NCBI GenBank assembly: GCA_051362555.1
Contig: CM120642.1
Coordinates: 29,264,001-29,328,000, forward strand
DNA length: 64,000 nt
From: Lingula anatina
Taxonomy: Eukaryota > Animalia > Brachiopoda
Direction: 5' to 3'
The position numbers and the translations under genes are program-made. How positions within the stretch are numbered: position 1 is the stretch's first letter; each line of letters opens with the position of its first letter. Below are positions 1 to 12,958 of this stretch, piece by piece. The notes under the pieces were generated by a model. It saw only the letters and a list, made by a program, of their open reading frames with translations. It searched no databases and was not told the origin of the DNA.

Positions 1-253
1 TTGGAGATATATGGTTACTTTCAGGGGTGCATCAGTGAAACAAGATAAATATATTCACAGGCACCTCACTTGCACTTGTTAAATTTATTTCTCCCTTTAG
101 CTGCATGTGAATAGGCAATAACTTTGTTAATTCAGTCAATTGTCCAGAGAACATGAGCTCACAGCACATAATATATAAAATGACTTTTAGAAATGCACAT
201 TTTATTGTTTGATCACTTTTTGATTTTTCACATTTTTATTTTTTTAATTTCAG

Positions 254-1750
254 TTTGTAGCACATTCAAATTGCCAGCAACTCTTAGCGTCGCTGTGGTA
301 TGAAGGTTTACCTGGTTTCCGCAGGCGCCATATTGCCTTCAAGGTTATCATGACCTCGGTCATCGGCATGCTGTTTCCATTGTGGTCATTAATCTACATC
401 ATGGTGCCGAAAAGTTCTTTGGGAAAACTTCTTCGGAAGCCATTTGTCAAGTTTATATGTCATAGCTCCTCCTATTTCACATTTTTGTGTAAGTATTCAG
501 CAGAAAAGCCGTTTCATCATGATTAATTTGGTGTGACTGTTGATTGATGAGTTTGTCCATAATAAAGGAAATAGATATTGAATGTTTTTGTAATTACATA
601 ATATGCAAGGTTATTGCCGTCATCAGTTGGAAATAAAGACGTGTATTGTATTGATCTTGGTTCTCATTTCTTGATAAACCTGTATTAGGTTTTTAAGGGA
701 AAGATTTATGTAGCTGGCATTTGGCAAATTGGGAAAAATGGTATCATTATTGTTAATATAAATATTTGGTGTTTAATTATCAAATGCCATCTTGAATGGC
801 ATGATTATGCTTGTCAAAGGCGCATTCAGATCAAATCAAATACAGCTAACTTACTTGAAAGCATGCTGTGAAAACCCTATAATAGACACTGAATCAATTC
901 CCCTGCAGGGATTACCCAGTAAGCTTTAAGGTGGTTCAGCCATATTGATCTGCAGATCTATTAGTCCATGGATCAACTTTGGTTGTGAATGTGGCCAAAG
1001 ATTCTAAGTTATCTACTAGAAGACCCCATTTATCTTCCTCAAAACAGGAATTTAATTGTAGCAGTTTGTGGTTATGAGCCAATGGTCTCGAAATTTATAT
1101 TCTGTTTCATAAACGTGAAATATTAACATTTATCATTCTGATCTAGTGTGTAGCATGAAAATGTTTGATGTATTTACCCTTGTTTGTGTATATCTCTCCA
1201 AAAGGTTTTTAATGAGAAGATATTGCAAAGTATCTTGACATTGAAAAGGTTTAGTATCTGCTTAAAAATAATGCTTTTCATCCTACAACTTGTGAAAAGA
1301 TGTAACAGGTTTTTCAAAAATCCTCAATTGGATTCTGTATAAAATGTAAGTTAAAGTGAATCAAGAAGGTTCTCTTTGCTTCAGAGCAGTGTTTTCCTTC
1401 TTGAAAAGAACTAATTATAAAGCTATTTTGCTTGCCTTGTGGCTGTTAAAAACAAGGGAGTAAGCATGTTAATATTTTGGATGTCTCTTACAGGTTTTCA
1501 TGATAACTTTATAGAGTTTTCTTTTTCAGTTTTGTTAATCCTCGCCTCCCAACACATAGAATCCATTGACAGCATTACATTATGGGGGGAAAGCAAGGCA
1601 AGCAGTAGCCTACAGCTGGGGGAGATCCGTGGTGCTCCCCCTACCATTATAGAATGGATGATCCTTCTGTGGGTGATAGGTAGGGTCTTTAATATGAGGC
1701 ATTGGTACAGAACAATTTGGGTAGAAAATTACTGGAGTTAATTTTGCCGG

Positions 1751-1783
<33 letters not shown>

Positions 1784-4700
1784 CTGTTACAGGGGGGTCT
1801 TGCCCCACCTTCCTTCTGGGCTTTTTTTTTTAAATGTGAATTTAAGTGACAAAAAATTTCTACTTATTTATAAAATCTTATGTTGCATGATTTAGATAAA
1901 TTTTAGACAATCAAATTGTATATTTGGTTTTTTGCATACTAATTTTTTATTCATTTTAAATCCGTCTCTCAGGTCTAATATGGGCAGAGATAAAGCAGCT
2001 TTGGGACGAAGGTGCCCAGGAATATATACAGGACATGTGGAACATTCTGGACTTTGCCACAAACACATTGTATATTGCTACTATTACACTCAGGATTGTG
2101 GCCTACATGAATGTAAGCTAATTTTCCTATGGATATATATATTTTTTTCAATTTAAATCAGAAATCCATTTATTCTGGCAGTTTTCTGCCCTAACCAGCT
2201 GTCAGACCCTTAGCTGTAATGGTACCAAACCCCAAACTGTTTCTTTCTACTTTTTTCTAATGCTGCCTAGAATCATGTTGTCAAGAGTATTCTGAAAATG
2301 TTCCCATTGTATCTCTGATAGTGATAGATATTCCAGAAATGTAACTGGGCATTTCCTTCTTAATATATATACATATAATTCAGGGCTTGACACTAACCTT
2401 TTCTCCACGAACCCTTTGGACCAGAGAGGTTCAAATCTCACTGACCTGAATCAGTCTTCCACTTGCCCGACATGACATCAGAAATTACTACTAATAACAA
2501 CTAATATCGCTAAATATTACAAGGGCTACTTTGCGCAATAAAATTTGCTTGCCTTTTTGGGCCAGTAACCCCCTGTGAATCAATCAAATCACTGGCCCGA
2601 GATCAGTTTCCAGTGGCCCTGGGCCAGTGGGCCACCTTTAATGTCAAGGCCCTATAGTTGTAGATACACATGTCAGATAGTGTATTTTGGAAGTGAACAT
2701 GTGGACGTTGTCTATTTCAGGTTGAGCGAGACGTCTCGGGAGGTGTACCCACCAGATATGTCCCCAGAAAAGACTGGAACGCCTTCGATCCCAACCTCAT
2801 CGCCGAGGGTACCTTTGCAGCTGCCAATATCTTCAGCACTCTAAAACTCATCTACATTTTCACTGTGAATCCACATTTAGGGCCCTTGCAGATTTCCCTG
2901 GGGCGCATGGTGATGGATATCATGAAGTTCATGTTTGTTTATTTTCTGGCATTGTTTTCATTTGCCTGTGGCATCAACCAGTTATATTGGTACTATGCAG
3001 CTGCCAGAAGACAAGAGTGTCAAGTCAGCGAGAATGAGTGCAAGAAAAATCATGAGGCATTATCTAAGTAAGTTTTGAATAACATAAATTTTCAAAGCAA
3101 GTTTGTACATGTACATGTATATATGGTAGTCATTGTTGTTGGATCTTCTTGTTACGTAGTCCCTTTCTTTCCCAGAACCTTTTCTTTCCCAGATAGCATA
3201 TTACTAGTACTAGTGGCTAATGTTCGGCTGCCTATGGCAGAGTAACTGGTCCTTACTCAATAGCTGTAATTATAGCAGTCCTTTTACTATTGAACAGACA
3301 GTGACCCCATGATGACATTAGCAGCAAAACAAAGCCAGAGCTGAGATTAATTAGATGTTGGCTTGCCAGCCAAACATCACAGTAACTTCAAAAATGTGTC
3401 ATGGGCTAACTAATTGTTGAAATTGGCCCAGCATTGGCTCATTTGCAGTGTTGCAGTAACTTTGAACAGTGAAGCCAAAATGTGCTGTTGGTCCAACCAC
3501 TTGTTGAGATGGCCTAGCCTTGGCTTCCAAGTGATGCATTGCAATAATTTCATACTGGAAATGTTGTCAACTGGAACACTCATCAAAATTGACCCTAAGA
3601 AACAATTCCCAGAGCCTATCGTACTAACTGTGAATTGATCTCCAAAGGGATTCTTGCTAAATTGCAATCAATTAAAGCAGCTTAGATATCTGTCATGCCT
3701 ACTGAAGCAGCTAGGGGGTAATTAATTACCGTTTAGCAGCTTTAGTAGGTGTGCCAGACATCTAAGCCACTTAAGCTGAAAGCAATTCAGCAAGAAACCG
3801 CTTGGAGATGGACCAATCCTGTTAGATCGATCTAGGTATGGGGACCCAGTCTAAGCTGGCTGCCATCAACAGTTTGTAGTCTTTTTGTAGCTATATGTAA
3901 GGTGCAGCCTGCAGGTTTCTTGCTATCTGGGTTGCTTTCCCCCCTAATCACAGTGTTGTTTGCTTTTTTTTGCTTTCAGTTGTTCCAGATCTGCCGTCTA
4001 TCAGGGTACCCATCCACAGTACTGGAGAAGATTAAATGGGTGAACAGATATGCATGTGCATGACAGCTAGAGAGAGTGATTATATTTTGGTTGTTCATTT
4101 TCTAACCATTTAATTTACAGATATGAATGCTGCATGCTTGAAAATGATTTTGTCTGCAGGAACCTTTTGGCAACCATATTTGATTGGAAGGCTTAGCCAC
4201 AGAGATTGAAGAACATGTTTTGATAGGAAGGTTGAAATATCACCTGCTGCACACACAATTAAATAGATTTAGGTCTTTGATGCAATCACCAGGCATTCAG
4301 AACTGATGAAACTTTGTTTTAGAAAAAAATACAGATCTGGTAGTGACATCTTGTCTGGAACATCCTGCAGACAACAGTGGACATTAAATCCAGCGTGCAA
4401 GCCATTAAAATGGAATCAAAACTTAGTTAAGAAGCAAATTAGTAAATTATGCCTACAAAAGCTTTGTGAAAAGAATCTGGAACACGCAGATGGGTGGGAC
4501 CAGCTGTTATAAAATGTGGACAGATTATTTTGCTGATGAGAGCACTTTTTTTGTCATGTCTGTCGTGACATGAAATTGATGCTTTCTTAGAATAATTACT
4601 GGAATCTCACAATTTTTAGCATCGATTTTTATAATCTCAATCCAGACGTGCCGTGGGGCATGTTTCCACCCATGCAAAAAAGACTGTTCTTGCAGACAAT

Positions 4701-7700
4701 AAACACCTCAATATCGTGTCCGTCTGGTTCGGATAATTTTTAAAAAAATATTTTTAATATCAAAGTTTTTTTTTTTTTTTTTTTGTATTTTAGCATATGT
4801 GGGTGGGTAAATAAAGCCAATTCTCTTTATGTAATTGTATCTTATTTTGAGCAAACCTAGTATATGCAACTAGACTGATCCAGTTGGCATTTGTGTAGAC
4901 CTGGAATAATGTATTTTTATTCACATCAGCAGATGACATATGTGTTTTGAGGGCTGTCTGGATTGGAGAGATTTCATATTGATTTGATATTATGTTTTCC
5001 CAAAACACCTGATCCAATCTGACTGAGAAACTAAAAAAAAAAAAAAAATGTGCAACTTCATACTGTGGTTGGTGTTACATAAATCATTTTTTTTAATATG
5101 CTGATGATTAGGAATTACGTGAAAGGCTGTGACCATTTTAATCCACATTGTTACTGTAACAGTATTTTCACGTCAAGTATTCCATGTTGGTTTTCTGTGT
5201 TTAGCGTTCTCTTCTCCTATGTTCTGTTGACAAGGTTGTTATGATGTAAAAGATTTGCTGTCCTTGACACATTCAGTTAATTAACAATAGCTATGGTACC
5301 TGTAATGACTCAATCTTTTTAATGGGAAAACTTTAATTTTTACAGATATTGAATTTCCTGCAGCCATAAATTCTTTATATTAATGGTGGCAACAAAATTA
5401 AAAAGCGGGCCACCTTTTGGTTCTATCTAATACAGTAAAATCATCACATGCTATATAGAAATATATTTTTTATGATTTTAAAATGATATTTCTGAAAAAT
5501 TGATGATTTTTCTCCATTAAAAAGCTAAAGTGATTTATGTAGTTTCAACTCACTGATGCTTCACTTGCTGACAGTACACCACTGTTCTGGTGTTTTCAAG
5601 AGTACGTGCCCCTTGCAGAACTTCTGCCTAAACAGTTTAAAACAAACTTATGAAAGTGAGGGAAATTCTCTTGTAGCTAAATCAGGTGGAAGGAACTCTC
5701 AAAACCTAATTTGAAAGATGGAATACTCTGTGTAAAGAGGCCTTTAATGCACCGCCTACAAGTAATGCAATTGCGTTTCTTTTTCACCATGAAATTGAAA
5801 ATTAATTTCCATACTGCTTTGAAGCCTTAGAAGGAAGAGAATCACAGTAGCACCTCTTGTTTATTTATCTCCGAGTGTCTGTCTAGTCATAATCCATGCG
5901 CATGAGAGATAATACACAGCAGAAGAAATACACTAACGTCTTTTCCTAGCTCTGAGCTGTTAAACATGGCTTTTAAACACTATTCATAAAGATGATTGCA
6001 CATTGAGAAGCACAGATACATTGCCTCTGCAAGTCAGGAACACATTAATTTATTGTCTTAACAAATCATGCTTCTATTACTGACAGAATGGTGATTTGTT
6101 TTTATGTATATAAGTATCTAATTGAATTGATTTGCAGTAATTGCATTCTACAGATATATTTCCATTAATTGTTTCAACTTGGCTGTTATTGGGTTGCTTT
6201 ATATTGATGATAATGCTTGGAAATGATTGACTGTGAGTGCATTAAGTGAATCTGTTAAATGGGATCAGAATATTATTATTATAACTTACGACATTGTTTT
6301 TTTCCTATGTTACGGCTTTGGTATATATTTTACAGATATTTAGATTGATGGTCTTGGATGAACATTATTTATGTAAAGAAGATAGATGATGGTGAAAAAT
6401 GCAACATTCAGTATAATTTGAATAAATTGTTTGATTTATTAATGGTGATAGCGTATGCATGTATGACATAAATGTCATGTCAAATGACAAGTCTTTTCAA
6501 AACATTCAGCCTTGGAAATCAATAGTTAAATGGTGAATTGATCATTCCCAAGAGTACAGGCATATGGTTTCAGCAGTTGTTGTAGTTTGTGAATTCGTTT
6601 TCTGGTATTTATATTACTGCTTAGAATCTTGTTATGGAACAAAAAAAGTACTTGCAAGCTAAATATCTGCCATTGTCAAAGAGTTATTTTTACAGAGAAT
6701 ATTTGAAAAGTGATTTATTTGTTCATCAGTAAGAATTGATTTCTTGAAAAAAATCTTTTTTTGCTGTATTTTTATATCAATCCTGTCTCTAACAAAACCG
6801 GCTTGGCATAATTTGATGAAAAGAAATGACCAAATCAAGATAAAATTATATATAACTAAATTGTTTACTTTATCTCTCTCTTTTCAGTTTGTTTGAGATT
6901 ATGCAAACCCTTTACTGGGGCAACTTTGGTCTAATAGACTTGGAACATTTTACTCTGAAGGAAGACCACACCATCACACAGCTCTTGTTGAAGCTGATGT
7001 TTGGAACCTATTCTTGGATTGCTATTGTGGTGCTACTCAACATGCTCATTGCCATGATGAGCAACTCTTTCCAGATTATTTCAGTAAGTTGTGCTCCCAG
7101 TTAATTGTACTGGTATTTTTTCCTGTGATGTACTGTATGTACATGTAAATAAATAGGACAAATATAAATATCAATGCTTTGATAAGATTCTTATATGTCA
7201 ACTCATAATTGTAATTTATGAGAGAAAGGAAGAGTGTTTGGATGCAAGACTAAAGATAATAAAATAATTAGAAATTACTTTATCTCCATTTTTTTTTTTT
7301 AAATTAACAAGTACGATTAATTGCTTTTCCAGAGCATGCAAGACACGGAGTGGAAATTTGCCCGCTCAAAAATGTGGATGAGTTATTTTGAGGAAGGGGG
7401 GACCCTCCCTGCCCCTTTCAACATCATACCCACTCCCAAGACAGTCTGGAATATTCTGGTCTGGCTGAAGAATGTTTTTTGCAGGTGCTCTAAGAGACAG
7501 AAGAGAAATAGGTGGCAGAGTATTAGGGTAAAGCATGTCTTCTCATTAACAAAGTGTTACATTTAAATTTACAAAGTAGCTATGGTGTAGCTCAGTATGA
7601 GATATTGGGGATGGGAAATTTCACCCATTTGCAATTATTTTTTTCTGTATTAAAGTAAATTTGCTGAACACAGTTTAAGGTTAAACTTTTACTTTTCACA

Positions 7701-10700
7701 GGTATCATATGCTTATCCAATATTATACAGCATTCAAAGAAAAGTTTGGAAAAGAAGCTGTACAGTAGATAGAGTAGAGTCAGTCATCAAATAGAAAAAA
7801 AAATACAGAATATGTTTAGCAAAGCTTTCTCATTTATGTCACTCACATGTGATTCCATAGGTCTATTATCAATTGCAAGTAGAGCATAAGCTGCATACCC
7901 TTGAATAGTTCCTTTCCATTAGTGTTAACTTGTGTACTTGAGTCAGGAATCCTCTTCATTCAAGTGATTTCAAGTTCGTGATTGTGTGATGGCGTATGAA
8001 CAAGATATGGAGTGAAGGACATGGGCATGTATAAGATGGCCATGTGTATCATGACCACATCAAAGTTGTATGTGTGTGTGTGTGGGGGGGGGGGGAGAGG
8101 TCATCAGAAATTTAGATAATTATGCTTCATCGTTCTTGCCATCAGCAATGTGCATCACAATCTTGAAGTTATTTTCAGTAGCCTTTTTTATGATTACTAA
8201 ATGTCAGTATTATCTCCACATGTAACAGCTTGTGATATTTTCAGAAACTTGTTAAGAAAATCCATGACAGGGAACAGAAGTACCAGGTAAGTAAGCAGAA
8301 TAATTATAGTACTATCAGCTTTGTGGTTATCCAACAGTAAACACTACTCTGACCAAAACTGCCAGTTGTTATATTTAAGATTATTTTATTTTTGTCACTG
8401 GTAGATTTTTTTTTTATTTGCTTGGGGCATTTGGATGTGGATGGGGGAAGGTTTTCTACTTGTAATCCAATATTTATGCATTGTTTAATTTTTCCCATTT
8501 GTTTGCCAAAAATATTGCTCTCTTACTTAAACTATTAAATAAGTCCTTTTTTTTTTTTTTTTTTTTTTTTGTTTTGGGCCATTATGACCATGCTATTTTG
8601 TTAACATTTGTACAGGCGGTAGTTCGAGACCTTATCAAACGCTACATCATGTCCAAGCAGAGGTTCAAGGAAGACGAAGGGGTCACAGAAGACGACATCA
8701 ATGAGATAAAGACTGACGTATCATCATTTCGTTATGAATTACTTGAAATTCTACGGAACAATGGCATGAAGATCCCAGAATACACACAGAACAAACCAAG
8801 TTCGAGTAAGAAAAAACAACGTAAAAAACGATATCGAACCAGGTGAAAGCGTCCCATCGCAATCCGCAGTACGGAGCCATAAAATTCTTACAAGTTTGTA
8901 TAAGTTATTTTGGACAATGCTGGTGGTGTAGTTTTTAGATTTGAGTTGCCTTTGGCACATGTGCTGGAAAGAAAGGTTTCTTTTGAGGGCCACGGGGGGT
9001 GTACCAAGTGACAACTGTTGTAATAACTTGACCTGACATTGCGTCCTCTCTCTCTCTCTCTCTCTCTCTCTTCCAATCCCCTGTGGCCCCTTATAGGCAC
9101 ATGTGACATAGAATTGGCATGCAATGGGCAATGAATGCTGCATGGTCCCCTCCCATCATCCTCAACTTATGTAAGTGATACAGCTGGGCTCATTCCTCAC
9201 TGTGATTTGATTGTTCATGTATTTCCAACAGAAAAAATATCACCATTAATGATTATAACAATGAATGAAGTAGATGATTCAAAATGTATACTTTTAGTAT
9301 ATGAACAATAGACCCTTAAAGTTAATTGCTATGTCACTTACATCATATTTGTGTGATTTTTAAACTCTGTTATTCATTGCCCAACTTAATTTTTCCTTAA
9401 TATTTAGTTAGATTAATTTTCAAGTCTGAAGTAGTTTTAATAACTTTTGGCTCGCTTTTCGGTTTAGGCCACTTGTATCGTGATGGGGACGTTTTCACCA
9501 TTCAATTGTATGTTGCATGCCAGCAACTAAAGTTGTGTTTACATTGATTTCTTGGTTTTTCTTTTGGAAAACTACACCATATTTTGTAAGCCTGTACACC
9601 GTCTTTTCTAATTTACATAAGTGATTTTAGCTAAAGACCTTCTGCATGCGATGCCACTTGCCTCACAAGGCAGGCTTAGACGACCATACAGATCAACAGC
9701 TGTATGGGTCCAGATACAATGTACTAAATTGTAAATAAAAATGTTAAAGTAACATGGCTGAATGACTTTTCCAAATTTAACTCAAAGGATCACTCTGTAC
9801 ACTTCAGTTTGTTCTTAGTAAGTAAACAATGATCAGCTACAACTGTAACTTTTTATCCATGTGAAGTGTAATCCTATGTGTTATGAATCAAAATTACTAT
9901 CCTAGCATGAAACCGTCCTCGAAAGCCAGGGTTTACAGTCATAGTTGTGTCTTGGTTTATCACCTTCTTTTCGATAACCTTATTCCCAAGACTTCCAAAA
10001 AAATTCTTAATGTTGCCCTGATTTTGAAACAACCTATAAGCTCTTAGTGTTTTTCAGCCAGATATATCAAATGCATTTTTTTCTAAGCTGTAATTTATTT
10101 GTGTGGACTTCAAGGCAGTCTCATATGATATGCTCAATTTCAAGGTACAAGTCAGAGCAGTCAACGTCTGAAAGCTTTTGAGAAAACCTCTGGGATTCAT
10201 TGAGGCAGGGATGGTATTAAAAATATGCACGCACAATTGAGGTTCAAGCAAGAGGGGATTCGTACTTCCCTATTATTGAATTCCTATCCTTCTATTTAAA
10301 TGGTGTGTTTCCTGTAATCATTGTTATATGATTAAATTGTTTTTGCAGGGATGAGAAGACTGGAACAAAAGAGGAGCAAAACAAGATTCTCTTTGCAGGA
10401 TCTTGACCGGGTGCGTCAAAGGATTACATCCAGCTCTCCAGATCTCTATCGGCAAGGGAACCAATCAAGTTCATTACGCATGGCCCACAGTAATGGCTTG
10501 AAGAAACGGCCAGATTTGGAGACTGTTCAGGAAGAACGATTTGAACGCTCAAAACACTGGAGTCTGAAAAACAATCGAGGGCCACCGAAAAATGTGCGTA
10601 CCAAAATGGTGCCACAGGACAGTCTTCAAGATGAGGGAATTGGGGAGTCCTTTGATCAGCAGACGGTCGTCAGTGAGCCAGGTTGTACTACGAACGGACC

Positions 10701-11112
10701 TAATGGCTACCTGAACAATTCGTTTGACAGAATGAAAGGAGATGACATTGAAGTAGTATTGGACCCAATCCAGTCTGAGACCATCACAGAGCAAGTTGTG
10801 GTAAATAATAATTCAGAAATTCTCCTGGAACCCAGAACCCTTCCAGGTTTTGAAAAAAGACGTCCCGATACACCTAGTGAACAGAGGAGTCCCTTTACGA
10901 ACAAGAGACTTGGGTCCATCAAGAAGGCGAACTTCTCCTGGGGGAGTTCCGAGGAAAGTGAAAATGAAGATTGTGGCAACATTGGCAAGCAGACATATTA
11001 CTATGATGGAAAACCTCAACTAGAGGGTCTTCCTGAAGAGAAGTCACCATCAAACTCCCCCAAGGGTGACAAGAAAAGTGAGAATAAAACAGTTCCCACA
11101 ACACATTTCTAA
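254..11112 (+). CDS. TRPC: Transient receptor potential canonical (TRPC / TRP-gamma-like) cation channel, 5'-partial; 9 coding exons in window
   Basis: Exons with GT-AG ends and consistent phases: 254-488 ([24 protein letters not shown]...[17 protein letters not shown]), 1530-1679, 1973-2112 ([14 protein letters not shown]...DMWNILDF), 2721-3067 ([14 protein letters not shown]), 6888-7083 (pore helix and S6, [14 protein letters not shown]), 7333-7527 (TRP box [16 protein letters not shown]), 8245-8286, 8616-8805 ([19 protein letters not shown]), 10349-11112 (stop). The N-terminal ankyrin exons lie upstream of the window. The exact subfamily orthologue was not determined. Confidence 0.96.
1753..1783 (+). 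repeat. Poly-G tract (about 31 nt) in a TRPC intron
   Basis: Uninterrupted G run visible at 1753-1783. Confidence 0.9.
3605..3845. mobile_element. Foldback (palindromic) MITE-like element in TRPC intron
   Basis: Imperfect palindrome centred on GGTAATTAATTACC (about 3717-3730). Arms are ATCTCCAAAGGGATTCTTGCTAAATTGC / GCAATTCAGCAAGAAACCGCTTGGAGAT. Shares motifs with 12731-12958 and 27047-27250. Confidence 0.65.
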
Positions 11113-12730
11113 CTTCACCATGTCCCCGTCTCTGACAAACCCTTTGTTGAATGTCCAGTTTGTTAGCAAAATTTTCAGTTAAAAATTTTCAGTTTCAGTT
11201 AAGTCGGGTTAATAGGTTCTAACAAGTAAGTAACTTGGTTTAAAAGGGTATGTAATTTTCCTTTCCCTTGTGCATCCGTAGAAAATGTTTCAGAGAAGTT
11301 AAATGGTATATATGCCACCCACGTCTCCCTAGATCAGACCATGTGTTCTTATTACGTATCTATATACCTCATCTTTATCTCTGCTGTAGAGATATACATA
11401 ACCTAGAGCAAAGCGTCGAGAAAACAAATGATATGCTGTTAGCTAAGGTAGTCATGGCCAGTATCCAAAATGGGAGCCTTTCTGAAAGGACTCCAACTTC
11501 TTTTACGTGGTACATAGGAAAGGAGGCAGAAGTTGGTACATATCACTCAAATATCTGTTATTGATAATCTGATGTGTGCATTTTAAGGAAGGGCAGAGAT
11601 GCAATCTGCATGACATAAGAAAGTTCTTAGAGACAGTTTGTCTGTAAATCTGTTTTTTTTTTTCATAAAGTTATGCAACTAATTGTCATAGATATTCTGA
11701 AGTTCAAAACATGGTTCACTGTTACCTTGTGGGTATTAAGTTTTGTTCTACATGTACCTGTAGAGAACTTTATATCTTGTAATTGCAATTTACCTGCCAG
11801 GATTTCATGACATTATAAAGTTTTCATATTGATCAACAAATGCAAATTATGTTCACAAACGAGTATACATTTTTTCCACCATATCATGATCCAAAAGTCA
11901 TGACTATATAGATGCAAGATTTTTCTGATCCAAGTACCTTTTTCATGTCTTTCATACACACACATAAGATGATTTATTTGTAATTCTTTTCAAAGAAAAG
12001 CATTTTTCATAATATCATTACTAAGGTGCTATTGTCAACCTGGTGAATGGAGAACATGTAAATGGAGGTAGATTTCTACAAATTCTACACAACTATCTGT
12101 CTGCTTTGTATTCTGGTATATTATTTATAACATAATAAACAGCAAAGCTACAAAATGAAATGGTCAATTGAAATGAGAACTCCAGTATTACCAAACCTAA
12201 TTCTGAGTGCAATTATTCATTTATTATTTAAAGATCAATGTTTGTACATCGTGTTTACGTTTCCTTCCTACTGAATATGAGCATACCTCAAATATATATT
12301 ATATTATTGAAGATGAATTATTGTAGAGAGTGTGGAATTATTATTTAATTTACAATATAGGTTGACAGAAAGGTTTCTAATCTAATTCATCATGATTGGT
12401 ATGCGAGTACTGTGATAGAGGAAGTGTATTCCCAATTAACTCTTACAGTTACCAGAACAGTAATAATTATTAGCTTTTGACAGTTTTTGGTTCAGCTTTA
12501 CCATTATAGGGCTTTAGATTTCACAAACTGAAAAGTGGTTGTGCAGTATGCAAATAGGTCACTGCCATTTTGATAGTTTACAAAACTGGCTTATTATTAT
12601 TTTTCATTCAGTGACATAAAACTGGGTTTTTACATCATTGAAATATGAATCTGTTACTAACAACACCTAGTTCATAGAACAGTCAACAGGATCTATATTT
12701 CAAGTTTTCGGCAGAGAGTTATGCCTAAAT

Positions 12731-12958
12731 GGAGCCACCAGTGATGTAATCCTACTTAGATAGATCTAATTCCGCAGGGACTCTTGCTGAATGCACTCAG
12801 ATTAACATTCACGCCTCCCCCTGGCATTGAATAGAATACAGAATAACTGGTGATTATACGAGCAAACTAGAGGCGTGTTGATCTTATTGCATTCAGCAAG
12901 AGTCCCCATGCCGTTGGATCAATGTATGTAGGGTGATAATGTCATTGGGAATGGGCTC
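12731..12958. mobile_element. Foldback MITE-like element downstream of the TRPC stop codon
   Basis: Perfect 19-bp inverted repeat GGGACTCTTGCTGAATGCA (12777-12795) / TGCATTCAGCAAGAGTCCC (12888-12906), with imperfect extension inwards and outwards. Confidence 0.7.

Noticed and set aside
3980-4200. Strong acceptor-like sites at about 3979 and 4159 in the large TRPC intron; the first is followed by LFQI, echoing the pore exon LFEI (possible mutually exclusive exon)
   Set aside because: LFQI is in the wrong phase, similarity stops after four residues, and in-phase readings hit stops quickly; at most cryptic or poison exons
10424-11104. Multiple antisense ORFs over the TRPC last exon (and over the GPCR, LRR, RanGAP1 and AASDH exons)
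   Set aside because: Shadow frames of real coding sequence with no independent motifs
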